DNA of 64,000 bases from Eledone cirrhosa. Lineage: Eukaryota. Each line of letters begins with the position of its first letter. The stretch's first letter is position 1. The stretch covers positions 11,966,001 to 12,030,000 of the forward strand of contig OZ024746.1 in NCBI GenBank assembly GCA_964016885.1, in the 5' to 3' direction. Of the stretch, positions 49,060-62,120 are shown piece after piece. The notes beneath the pieces were generated by a model that was not told the DNA's origin, did no database searches, and was given only the letters and a program-made list of their open reading frames with translations. Made by a program: the position numbers and the translations under genes.

Positions 49060-50562
49060 GGTTGCTCACATGTGTATACATATACAGTTGCTCACATGTG
49101 TATACATATACAGTTGCTCACATGTGTATACATATACAGTTGCTCACATGTTTATACATATATAGTTGCTCACATGTGTATACATATACAGTTGCTCACA
49201 TGTGTATACATATACAGTTGCTCACATGTGTGTACATATACACAGTTGCTCACATGTGTGTACATATACACAGTTGCTCACATGTGTGTACATATACACA
49301 GTTGCTCACATGTGTGTACATATACACAGTTGCTCACATGTGTGTACATATACACAGTTGCTCACGTGTGTGTACATATACACAGTTGCTCACATGTGTG
49401 TACATATACACAGTTGCTCACATGTGTGTACATATACACAGTTGCTCACATGTGTGTACATATACACAGTTGCTCACATGTGTATACATACACAGTTGCT
49501 CACATGTGTGTACATATACACAGTTGCTCACATGTGTGTACATATACAGTTGCTCACATGTGTGTACATATACAGTTGCTCACATGTGTGTACATATACA
49601 CAGTTGCTCACATGTGTGTACATATACACAGTTGCTCACATGTGTGTACATATACAGTTGCTCACATGTGTGTACATATACAGTTGCTCACATGTGTGTA
49701 CATATACACAGTTGCTCACATGTGTGTACATATACACAGTTGCTCACATGTGTGTACATATACAGTTGCTCACATGTGTGTACATATACACAGTTGCTCA
49801 CATGTGTGTACATATACACAGTTGCTCACATGTGTGTGCATATACACAGTTGCTCACATGTGTGTGCATATACACAGTTGCTCACATGTGTGTACATATA
49901 CACAGTTGCTCACATGTGTGTACATACAGTTGCTCACATGTGTGTACATATACAGTTGCTCACATGTGTGTACATATACACAGTTGCTCACATGTGTGTA
50001 CATATACACAGTTGCTCACATGTGTGTACATATACAGTTGCTCACATGTGTGTACATATACAGTTGCTCACATGTGTATACATACACAGTTGCTCACATG
50101 TGTATACATATATACAGTTGCTCACATGTGTATACATATATACAGTTGCTCACATGTGTGTACATATACACAGTTGCTCACATGTGTGTACATATATACA
50201 GTTGCTCACATGTGTGTACATATATACAGTTGCTCACATGTGTGTACATATATACAGTTGCTCACATGTGTGTACATATACACAGTTGCTCACATGTGTG
50301 TACATATACACAGTTGCTCACATGTGTGTACATATACAGTTGCTCACATGTGTGTACATATACACAGTTGCTCACATGTGTATACATACACAGTTGCTCA
50401 CATGTGTATACATACACAGTTGCTCACATGTGTGTACATATACACAGTTGCTCACATGTGTATACATACACAGTTGCTCACATGTGTATACATACACAGT
50501 TGCTCACATGTGTGTACATATACACAGTTGCTCACATGTGTGTACATATACAGTTGCTCACA
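49060..50562. repeat. 26-28-bp minisatellite, ~1.5 kb
   Basis: Unit cagttgctcacatgtgtgtacatataca with dinucleotide length variants. Confidence 0.95.
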
Positions 50563-51409
50563 TACACACTCATTTAAATCTTTAACATACTATAACATTA
50601 CAACATTTTAGCAGAAAATATCTAAAAGAAAAAAACGTTTGTTAATTCAAATGTTTATATTATCTATACTAGGGGACAGATCATTGAGAACATTTTCAGT
50701 ATTAAACCAGTGCTGTTTTGTATTAAAAAAAAAATGTCTTAATGAGGTTTGATGGGTACAGGATGTTAAGAGTTAACATATGCACAATCACTTAACATAC
50801 GCATGCTTACTTGACCTATGCACTAACACATTTTTATGATCACTTGCACGCTTACGGGCACGCAGATATTTACCTAAACAACAGTGAAAATAGTTGAGTG
50901 TGTTGATATGTTGAAATCCCTGCTGCCCCATCTCACCACTTTCATAAACCACAAAATAGTAAACATGGAAGGGTTAGTATGTTGAAAACAGCTAAGAATA
51001 GGAAACTGGAAGTGTTTTTCTAGATAAGAGCCACTATGGTGTGAAGTCATAGAAAGGCTTAGAAAATAACAATGAAAAAATGATAGAAAAAGAAACCATA
51101 TTTTATTTGCAATTTACTAAAAAGACAAAACCAAACCAGAAAGGCGACAAAGAAAAAAATCTTTTGTTTTATAGAATTTATTGATGAGAGAATATTTGTT
51201 TTGCAAAATCCAATCAATCACTCAATCAATTAATCAATATTTGATTCTGTGGTAGGCACTATAGAATGGTAAAGAGGTAAGCTCATGGCAAGGTGAGTTT
51301 GTGATGACCCAGTTATGATTTCTTAATCAAAAAACATTTCGTTTATGTTGTTAATGCTTTTGGGAAAGACATGGCTATTACTGACTCCCATTTGCCTCAC
51401 TTATAATAT

Positions 51410-52257
51410 ACATACATATATATATATGCATATATGTATTCATGTATATATATATGCATATATGTATTCATGTATATATATATGCATATATGTATTCATG
51501 TATATATATATGCATATATGTATATATATATGCATATATGTATTCATGTATATATATATGCATATATGTATTCATGTATATATATATGCATATATGTATT
51601 CATGTATATATATATATGCATATATGTATTCATGTATATATATGCATGTATATATATGCATATATATGTATGCATATATAAGTATGCATATATATGCATG
51701 CATATATATGCATGCATATATATATGTATGCATATATGCATATATATGTATGCATATATAAGTATGCATACTTATATATGCATGCATATATGCATATATA
51801 TGTATGCATATATAAGTATGCATATATATATGCATGCATATATGCATGCATATATGTATGCATATATGCATATATATGTATGCATATATAAGTATGCATA
51901 TATATATGTATGCATATATATATATGTATGCATATATATATATGTATGCATATATATGCATGCATATGTATGCATGTATATATATGTTTATATATATGTA
52001 TGCATGTATATATATGTTTATATATATATATATGCATTTATGTATGCATATACATGCATGCATACATATGTATGCATGTATATGTATGCATATAGATGTG
52101 TATGCATATATGTATGCTTGTATATGCATGCACATACAAGCATACATATATGCATGCACATACAAGCATACATATATGCATACATATACAAGCATATATA
52201 TATATATATATATATGTATGCATGTATATGTATGCATAGGGAAAGGCGGACATATGA

Positions 52258-52313
<56 letters not shown>

Positions 52314-52335
52314 CTATATATACATATGCATGTTT
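51410..52335. repeat. AT-rich alternating purine-pyrimidine repeat (ATGCAT/TATA)
   Basis: Direct reading. Confidence 0.9.
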
Positions 52336-53227
52336 ATACATATTTCAATTTATGATTTTAGACAATAGATTATCCAGACATTAAGCCCAGCCAGCTCTCA
52401 GTACTGATGCCTACTTTTATGATACAGAATGGAAATATTGCTAATCTTGGGACAATTCAAATATATTCCATTAGTTTGGTAAATTCCTAACAATATTCAA
52501 TATTCCATTGTATTGGAATATGCATCATCCATAGAGAATAAAGAGATTAAACAAAGGAATTGTGTAGTATAACATTTATTGTGTAATGGCCATTTCTGTA
52601 ACTGTCCCACTCATAGCTGAATTACGTCATGCAAATATTATAGACTGATCATTGCACATCATTTTCAGCTAGACTCAAGAGCTAGACACCTCACTGAAGT
52701 AGTACATTGAATGAAGTTGGTTCTGGATTTCATTTTGTTTACTTGTCCGTTGATGTTCCGAGAACTGTTTCATTTGTTTAAAATCACCAGGATGATTTGA
52801 AAACGAATGAAACAATTCTAGTAAGTGTTGTTTGTGTATGTATGCCACCCAAACCATGCAATCATAAAACAGCATTCAGGAGAAAGCAAAATTTGCTAAA
52901 CATCAACTGTTTGTACATGTTATAAAGATCCTTTTTTTTGTTTATACCAGGAGTGCTTTTTGAACCCTCTTTTTTTTTTTATTATCATTTTTCTTATATA
53001 ACGTGATCTGTATAGAACATTTTCTAATGTCCACACTTTTTTCACTATATAAAAATCCCTATCATGGTGTTAAGAAGTTTTGGCTTGACAATCTGAAACT
53101 GCTTGGCGCCGCGGTTGGGATTTTACCTATCTCTATACCGACTCTGCATCTCCCCATGCATTGAGTACTCCCATGATTAGTGGTCTCTCCCTCGGTCTCA
53201 GCACTACAGACTCCCTACTCTCTCTAT

Positions 53228-54345
53228 CCCGCCAAGGTTAACTTTGCCTTTCATCCTTATGGGGTTGATAAAATAAAGTACCAGTAATACACTGGGTAAT
53301 TGCTGGCCTTGTGCCAAAAGTAGAAACAATTATTAGTAGTATTAGTATAACCAATTACTAGGACAGCTACAGTATATTTGCCTATTAGCTTATTTTTTGC
53401 ATATATCTCCATTTTAAGAATTATTCATTTTGAGAACAATACCTTAATATAAGTATGAGTGGCCAGTTTGAACAGAAAGAGGTGAGAGAATTCTGACTGG
53501 ATACAGCCGGTTTAAATGCTAAAGGGTTAACATGTCAGTTAAAGGTGTTGGGGCCAAACAGAAAATGAATGCAGACTCCTTAGAATATTGTAATTATTAT
53601 TACCCGCTGAGGTTAACTTTGCCTGTCATCTTTACTGGGTCGATAAAATAAAGTACCAGTAATATACTGCGGGCAATTTAATCGACTTTGCTCTCCTCCC
53701 AAAATTGTTGGCCTTGTGGCATCATTATTATTATTACTAGGGTGGTAAGGGCGGTGGATTGGCAGTATCGGTAGAGAGTTGGACGCCATGCTTTGCAGCA
53801 CAGTTACGTCCCTTTACGGACTGAGTTCAAATCCTGCCGAGCTTAACTTTGCCTTTCATCCTTACGAGGTCGATAAAATAAAGTACCAGTAATACACTGG
53901 GATAATTGCTGGCCTTGTGCGAAAAGTAGAAACAATTATTACTAGTGTGGTAGATTGGCAGAATCGTTAGTGTCTGAGAAAATGCTTTGCAGCACTTATT
54001 TCGGCTATATACGTCCTGAGTTCAAATCTTGCCATGGTCTATTTTGTCTTTCATCCTTTCGGGTCGACAAAATAAAATAACTGTCACGTACTGGGGTCGA
54101 TATAATGACCTTTCCCCTCCCCACAAATTGTTGCCTAAAGTAGAAATTATCATTATTGTTAGGGTGTAGATTGGCAGAATCATTAGAATGCTGGACAAAA
54201 TGCTTTGCTGTATTTCTCACAGCCCTTTACATTCCGAGTTCAAATCGACCCTAGTGCTTTACCGGTACTTTATTTTGTCGACCCCGTATGGACGAAAGGC
54301 AAAGCTAATCTCATAACGTAAATGGTCGTAACTCTATGCCGTGTA
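53228..54345 (+). mobile_element. Cluster of family-A SINEs (full copy ~53749-53940) plus a partial TTAA MITE (~53400-53530)
   Basis: Repeated ggattggcag(t/a)atc A-box heads, gagttcaaatc B-boxes and gtcgataaaataaagtaccag cores. gtttaaatgctaaagggttaa at ~53510-53530. Confidence 0.8.
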
Positions 54346-55239
54346 AATGATGAGTGTTATTTTAAAGTCTTATGATCTTTGGTCATGAAACTATCGTTGA
54401 AACCAAAGTCTGACTCAGTCAATTTCAATGAAAGAGTTATCAGCTTCATTATATAAGATGTCGGTCAAAGAGATCACGTGAAGGCTACTCACTGTTAAAA
54501 AATACCACAACTTCCACTAAAGCACTATTTACAAACTATTATCGTTAAGTACAAGAAGACAAGACACTGCTTTAGAGACTGAATGCAAAGGAAGTACAAG
54601 GCACAATTTTAGGGAGTGACACCAAGAACTAATAGTCGTGTGTGTGTGTAACAAAACAACTTTATTTTAATCATGTCTGTTGATGTTTGTTAAAATTGCA
54701 GTCATATGACTGACGTGCCGTAAAAAAGTGTCCAATATATTGACACTATGTTGTAATGTCTTTTTTTTTCTTTTATGCTGTCATACACAAATATAATATG
54801 TCTTCTTGTTACGGTGTAGTTTTTTCCTTTTATTTTCTTACAGTTATATTATTTCATTATCTCCGGAACTAAATTAATTGGAGTGATATAAACAACCAGT
54901 TGATATATAGTTTTTCGTCTGACTCAATTCTTCTTTTATCTCTACTCCACCCTCCTTTCATTTATTATCCATGTCTTTTTCTTCCCTTTCCTTTTCCTAA
55001 TTCTTTTGCTGTTGATTATTATATCACCTTTTCAGTCTTTATTCCCCCCCCCCCATCTAATCTACGGTTTCGTCTTTATCCACTTCCTTTAATTTTATGT
55101 TTCCCTCCCTCCTCTCTCTTTATCACAAAACCATTTCTTTATGAATAAACCAATGTATTCATCAGATACTGTACGTAGTCAGCTGAGGACTCCGAATGAT
55201 TATCTCACAGTAAGATATAATAAATACTATAGAATAAAT

Positions 55240-55450
55240 AGTAGTTAGGGTGTTCAGTTTACGATCGTAAGGTCTCGAGTTCAATTCCCAGCAATGTGCT
55301 GTATCTTTGAACCAGACACTTTTTCACGTTGCTCTAGTCCATTCATCTGGCAAAAATGAGTTCTACCTGTAATTTAGTTGGCTAGCCTTGTCATATCACC
55401 GTGTCTGTAGAATTTCTAGCCACTTGCAGGTTATTTTCACAAGCACTCTG
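55240..55450 (+). mobile_element. CORE-like tRNA SINE, family C
   Basis: gatcgtaaggtctcgagttcaattccc, tgtatctttgaaccagacactt, gttgctctagtccattca. Confidence 0.6.
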
Positions 55451-55579
55451 TGTTCCAACTGGAGTACTCTTTAGAAATGATGGGGGTCCAAAAAACGACA
55501 ACAACATAGTTGTCTTCGTTTGAGATTGTGTATTGAAATTGAAGCAGTTATTTTGTAAAAGAGTCAGGATATTATTTAA

Positions 55580-55986
55580 CCCTTTCATGACTGCATTTCT
55601 AATGAAATACATTCTATTTTAATTAATGATACTATGGGCATGTGTTTAGAATATCTCAGGAAAGAATCTCTGAAGAGATTTTACGACCAATACCAACCGG
55701 TAAGAGACCCAGAGCTTGGCTGGTCATGCATGGGGATCCAGTTGGATCAGTTGGAGACAGGACCTGCTGGAGGGAGTATTTGAGGACTCTGCCCCCATGA
55801 CCCTCCCAGGAATAAGTGGATGAAGAAGAAGAATTTTGAGGGATTTACTAAAATTATTTATTATTTCATTATTGTTCTTATATAAAGTTATGTTGGAAGA
55901 TTTTAATTTAAATTGGAAGTCTTTAAAATGGGTGGTTTTATTTCATAGAACCAGTTTGCGTTTTGGCTGGGTTGGTAACTAAAGGG
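55580..55986. mobile_element. TTAA MITE interrupted by an RTE 3' fragment (~55630-55830)
   Basis: ttaa-ccctttc...actaaaggg-ttaa. The insert matches 30590-30830 (gggcatgtg..tagaat.tctcaggaaagaat...tttgaggactctg...caggaataagtg) and ends in (GAA)n. Confidence 0.8.
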
Positions 55987-57179
55987 TTAAAACATTCGTG
56001 TACATTATATTATTAATATGTGAAAGATCAGCAATGTTTCATAGGAAAATGTAAGGGATAAAACCAAACTCGGGGCAATTTACACAGGAATAGATTTGTT
56101 TTTCATTTAATTAGTGCAACAAATTATTTTTAAGCAGCAGTTCTGTGGGCAGAACTTGGGTATTTGTATGGATCATCATCATTGTGTTGAGTCCTCCATA
56201 CTGGCATAAGTTGGATGAGATTTTTTGATGTAATGCTTTACAGCCGGATACCCTTCTAGGCACTAACCTTTTTAGTTGCTTCTTACACCATACAGTGTAC
56301 CGGGATCAATTTTTATAAAATTTAACATATAAGTATATATTATTAAAAGGATTAAAAGTCTTGCTTTTATTTAACATTGCTTCAAAAATGTTTTCCATTT
56401 ATTTTTCTATGCTTGCATCATTGGATAGTTTTATATTTTATATTATTTATTTAAATAAATCTTTTGCCTTTTAGTGTAAAAATTTGTCAGTCAGTGAAAC
56501 CAGAATAACTAATTATGTACCTTGGCCAGGGCCACAACATAATATTTGTAGTAAATATTTCAACTGCTGCTTAGTTTAGTACCTAAATGTCATGGCTAGT
56601 TTACTAGCAACACTAGAGATGCACTATGATACACTTAGTAATATAATTTGTAGAGTTTAATTAGTTTATGGGAATAGTGTACTGACTTCATTGAAGCAAG
56701 GAGTGCTAATAGTGTTAGTTCAAATAATATTTTATGAAATAAATGTTATATGTTTAATAGCAGTATACAATAATCATTTATAAATAGGCCGGAAAATGCG
56801 AAATAAGTTTGGATTGTGTAGAAGTGTATAACTAAATATGCACATCTGAATATAGACATAGACCACAAACAATACATCTTGACATATTTTATGTAACAAC
56901 TGCTGTTGATAAATATTGTGAATACTGAAATAACATTGCACATCCAAAACTTTTATTTCATCATTTTAATGTCAGCTTTCCCTGCTAGCAAGGGTTGGGT
57001 GTGTCTACATAGACCAAGTCAGTACTGAAGCAGAGCCACTGATCTGCCAGGCAGGCCAGAGATCTGTGTCTCACTTTATCTTATTGACCCAACCTCACTC
57101 CATATTCTAGAATTCAAATCGAGTGTCTTTTTTTAATTCATTTTTTATTAGTTAATATAAGATTATGTTGGTATCATAA

Positions 57180-58995
57180 CAAAAAAAGTATCCAGCCCAC
57201 ACTGTAAAGTGGTTGTGTAGATGTTACGACAAAAAGAACCCTGCTCACACCGTAAAGTGGTCGTGTAGGAGTCATGACTAAAAGCACCCAGCCCACACTG
57301 TAAAGTAGTCGTGTAGGAGTCATGTCTAAAAGCACACAGCCCACACTGTAAAGTAGTCGTGTAGGAGTCATGACTAAAAGCACCCAGCCCACACTGTAAA
57401 GTAGTCGTGTAGGAGTCATGACAAAAAGCACCCAGCCCACACTGTAAAGTAGTCGTGTAGGAGTCATGTCTAAAAGCACCCAGCCCACACTGTAAAGTAG
57501 TCGTGTAGGAGTCATGACTAAAAGCACCCAGCCCACACTGTAAAGTAGTCGTGTAGGAGTCATGACTAAAAGCACCCAGCCCACACTGTAAAGTAGTCGT
57601 GTAGGAGTCATGACTAAAAGCACACAGCCCACACTGTAAAGTAGTCGTGTAGGAGTTATGACTAAAAGCACCCAGCCCACACTGTAAAGTAGTCGTGTAG
57701 GAGTCATGACTAAAAGCACCCAGCCCACACTGTAAAGTAGTCGTGTAGGAGTCATGACTAAAAGCACCCAGCCCACACTGTAAAGTAGTCGTGTAGGAGT
57801 TATGACTAAAAGCACACAGCCCACACTGTAAAGTAGTCGTGTAGGAGTTATGACTAAAAGCACCCAGCCCACACTGTAAAGTAGTCGTGTAGGAGTCATG
57901 ACTAAAAGCACCCAGCCCACACTGTAAAGTAGTCGTGTAGGAGTCATGACTAAAAGCACCCAGCCCACACTGTAAAGTAGTCGTGTAGGAGTCATGACTA
58001 AAAGCACCCAGCCCACACTGTAAAGTAGTCGTGTAGGAGTTATGGCTAAAAGCACACAGCCCACACTGTAAAGTAGTCGTGTAGGAGTTATGACTAAAAG
58101 CACCCAGCCCACACTGTAAAGTAGTCGTGTAGGAGTCATGACTAAAAGCACCCAGCCCACACTGTAAAGTAGTCGTGTAGGAGTCATGACTAAAAGCACC
58201 CAGCCCACACTGTAAAGTAGTCGTGTAGGAGTCATGACTAAAAGCACACAGCCCACACTGTAAAGTAGTCGTGTAGGAGTCATGACAAAAAGCACCCAGC
58301 CCACACTGTAAAGTAGTCGTGTAGGAGTCATGTCTAAAAGCACCCAGCCCACACTGTAAAGTAGTCGTGTAGGAGTTATGACTAAAAGCACCCAGCCCAC
58401 ACTGTAAAGTAGTCGTGTAGGAGTCATGACTAAAAGCACCCAGCCCACACTGTAAAGTAGTCGTGTAGGAGTCATGACTAAAAGCACCCAGCCCACACTG
58501 TAAAGTAGTCGTGTAGGAGTCATGACTAAAAGCACCCAGCCCACACTGTAAAGTAGTCGTGTAGGAGTCATGACTAAAAGCACCCAGCCCACACTGTAAA
58601 GTAGTCGTGTAGGAGTCATGACTAAAAGCACCCAGCCCACACTGTAAAGTAGTCGTGTAGGAGTCATGACTAAAAGCACCCAGCCCACACTGTAAAGTAG
58701 TCGTGTAGGAGTCATGACAAAAAGCACCCAGCCCACACTGTAAAGTAGTCGTGTAGGAGTCATGACTAAAAGCACCCAGCCCACACTGTAAAGTGCTTGT
58801 GTAGGAGTCATGACAAAAAGCACCCAGCCCACACTGTAAATGTGGTTGGCATTAGGAAGGGCATCCAGCTGTAGAAATCTAGCCAGAAACAATTCTATAT
58901 GAGCAAGACACAGTCACCTGACCTGACTTTCCTCTAATAGGACAACCCGTCTAACCCATGCTAGCATGGAAAATGGACGTTAAATGATGATGATG
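57180..58995 (+). repeat. 48-bp minisatellite (~34 units) expanded inside an RTE-tail element
   Basis: Unit aaaagcacccagcccacactgtaaagtagtcgtgtaggagtcatgact. It runs directly into tgtggttggcattaggaagggcatccagctgtagaaa...gacgttaaatgatgatga. Confidence 0.92.
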
Positions 58996-60567
58996 AATAT
59001 TAACACCCTAAGACTTGTGAGTGTAAGAAAGTAACCATATTTGATCTTTATAATGATGTAGTCTATTAGCCTACACATGAATAGTCACCTGTATATCTGT
59101 GTACGTGAGCGATAGAGGGGTCTGGTATGATCTGTATTTAATAGCGTCTCAGTCTAATTACACTATACAGTATTTAGAATAATGTCACATACTACCACAT
59201 AGACTGTATTTTACATCAGAGCGTGACAACTAACTAATTCAATATACCAAAGAATATTTATATACTTGAATATATATTTAGTGTTGAAATAATCTTAGGA
59301 GTAATCAGCTCATAAGTACTCAGTAAAATTGCAGAGGGAATGGAAAGAACTGTTTCTGGCTTATTAAACACTGTTAGATTCTACTTATGTCTGTTGTGCT
59401 CCTAAGACATCTCAGCTTATATAACTAGATAGAAATTGATGTTTCTTTACAAGCTAATTTATTATGTTGTTTTTGCCATGTATGTCTGATTTAGAATGGG
59501 CACATTGTATCACTGTATATTGTAAGAAGCAACTAAAAGGGTTGGTGTCAGGAAGAGCCTCCAGCTGTAAAATATTGCCTCACAAAGTCCCTTCTAAACC
59601 CATGCCAGCATGGAAAAGGTGACATAAAAAACTTATATATGGTTCTGTATTCTACCAAGTGAATTTTATCATGACACCAACCAGCACCAGAGAGCCTGTC
59701 ATGTCTCCAACAACTTGAGCGTCCTTCCAACCTTTTGTTTGGCAAGCTTTCTATGGCTGGAAGCCCTTCCTATTACCAACCACTTTACAGCATGTACTGG
59801 CTGCATTTATCGTGTAGATCACCAACACAAGAGAGGTTGCCATGTTCTTGACACAACTGGGCGGTCCTCCTAACCTTTTGTTTGGCAAGCTTTCTACGGA
59901 TGGACGCCTTTCTACGGATGGACGCCTTTCTTATTAACCAACCACTTTACAGCATATACTGGGTGTTTTTATCATGTAGATCACTAACACTATACATCAG
60001 TAAAAAAACACAAAAAATGACTGGTTTGGTTACTGTTGCAACACTTTGATCAGGGTGTGTTTAGTCAGAACTCACTTGGGTTTTTAAACAACTGTACAGA
60101 AACATAACATGGCATTCTGAACATATTTACAAGTTTATAAGAAAATTTTTGAAATATAGTGTATGGGTCTCGTCTATCCTTGACTAGCTGCTAGGTTCAT
60201 TGTTCTTTTGTTAGGAAACTGTCAGGATATTTGAAATGATTATTTTGCTGCACAGTCACTTGAGTGTCTTGACAATTAATTGAATGCAGATAATTAATAA
60301 ATTAATAAATAAATAGAGAGTTAGAAAAAATGAAATGTCTTGTGTTGAAAGGAATTAGAGCATGGTGTGACAGCATTGAAAGTTGTTTTGACCTTATATG
60401 TTGTCTAGTTGGTGAATGGACAATGATAATTTTGTTTAACAACAACAAAGTGTTATATAAAATGAAGTTCAAACTTAGAAGAAAGTTGTTGATTGATATC
60501 TTAAAGAACTATATGGTTTGCAGGTACTTTGTATGAGATATTTGCTGTTTAGGATAGTAGGTAAAGG

Positions 60568-61290
60568 TGTAATAGGAAATAATTGTTTCTACTTTTGGCA
60601 CAAGGCCAGCAATTACTGGTACTTTATTTTATCGACCCCGTAAGGATGAAAGGCAAAGTTAACCTTGGCGGGATTTGAACTCAGAATGGCAAGGACCGTA
60701 ACTCTTTGCTGCAAAGCATGGCGTCCGACTCTCTACTGATACTGCCAATCCACTGCTAGGTGGATTGTATTAGGAAATAATTGTTTCTACTTTTGGCACA
60801 AGGCCAGCAATTACCCAGAGCATTACTGGTACTTTATTTTATCGACCCCGTAAGGATAAAAGGCAAAGTTAACCTCGGCGGGATTTGAACTCAGAATGGC
60901 AAGGGCCGTAACTCTATACGTCAAAGCATGGTATCCGACCCTTTACCGATACTGCTAATCCACCACCCTGTATTAGGAAATAATATAATATAGACATGGC
61001 AATGTAGTTGTTGACTGGCTGTTGTTGAAGAGAAAAGTTTTATAAAAGTTTTAAAACTAATATTTTTATTATTTATTCCTTTAAAAGGGTGGGGGATTGG
61101 CAGTGTTGGTAGAACGTCGGATAATATGCTTTGTGACATAGTTATGGCCCTTTACGCTCTGAGTTAAAATCCTGCTGAGGTTAGCTTTGCCTTTCATCCT
61201 TAAAGTACCAGTAATGCATTAGGGTCGATTTCGACTTTTCCCTTTCCCAAAATCGTTGACCTTGTGTCTAAATCAGAAACCATTATTTTG
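60568..61290. mobile_element. Three family-A SINEs: two tandem (minus) and one inverted (plus)
   Basis: Minus copies at ~60580-60757 and ~60778-60968; plus copy at ~61087-61288. Confidence 0.85.
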
Positions 61291-61579
61291 CAGTAGTGTA
61301 TGGGGTGTATTCTGTCTATGTCTGCTTTGAGGTTGAGTCTTTGGTTCATTGTCACCACTTCCTGGCTTCTGTCTAAATTGAAATTTGTAACAGAAATTAA
61401 ACCCAAAAATATTTTTACTAGCTCACTTCCAGAAATACCCAACATTTCAACATTTAAAGGGCCAGGATTAAAAATTGGTAAACTCTGATTAAGGAAGAAA
61501 CCTTTTAGATTTAAGATTCAACATATGTGTATTTCTTTGAAATATACCATCGGTGGGATGATGTACTGGGCTGTAAGCT

Positions 61580-61770
61580 AAATTAATTAATGAAGAATTT
61601 TGAGAGATTTACTAAAATAATTATTTCATTATTAACACAGTATATGTCATATAAAGCTTCTTCATATTGTCTATGAAGATTTTAATTTAAATAGAATCCC
61701 TTTAAAATGGATTGTTTTGTTTCATAGAACTGGAATTGGCTTTGGACAGGTTGGTATCAAAAGAATTAAT
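61580..61770. mobile_element. Partial copy of the 47669-type TTAA MITE (another at ~41695-41905)
   Basis: aattaatgaagaattttgagagatttactaaaat...tttcatagaac...gttggtatcaaaagaattaa. Confidence 0.65.
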
Positions 61771-61959
61771 TGATCCTCCATTCCAAAAAAAAAGAAGAAA
61801 AAACTATATCTTTAGATTTCTAATCAACAATTCATATTAATCTTGTTTTATCATATAAGTAGAGTTTAAGATATTTTATAGAGATATCTCTGAATCAAGT
61901 CCTTTTACTCTTCTTTTATATATTTCTGCCTTATTTGTTAATCTTTTATCGTGAGGCCA

Positions 61960-62120
61960 TATGGTTGCTGGTAGTGATGGTGATGGTGGTAGTTGTGGAG
62001 GTGGTGTTGGTGGTGCTGGTGGTAGAGGGGTGGTGGTGATAGTGCTGGTGGTGGTGGTAGTGGTGGTGGTGGTAGTGCTGGTGGTGGTGTTAGTATTCAT
62101 GCTTGTGGTGGTGCTGGATG
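61960..62120. repeat. Degenerate (GGT)n microsatellite
   Basis: Direct reading. Confidence 0.85.

Noticed and set aside
49062-52384. 500-aa and 300-aa C/H/Y-rich ORFs
   Set aside because: Translations of dinucleotide-rich satellites.
52560-52920. YDCMVWV motif suggesting an L2/Crack LINE remnant (similar weak hint at 62500-63010)
   Set aside because: Similarity is too degraded to support by eye.
57174-58892. 572-aa repeat membrane-like ORF; also superficially CRISPR-like
   Set aside because: A 48-bp tandem repeat derived from a retroelement tail. There are no unique spacers and no cas genes, and the context is eukaryotic.
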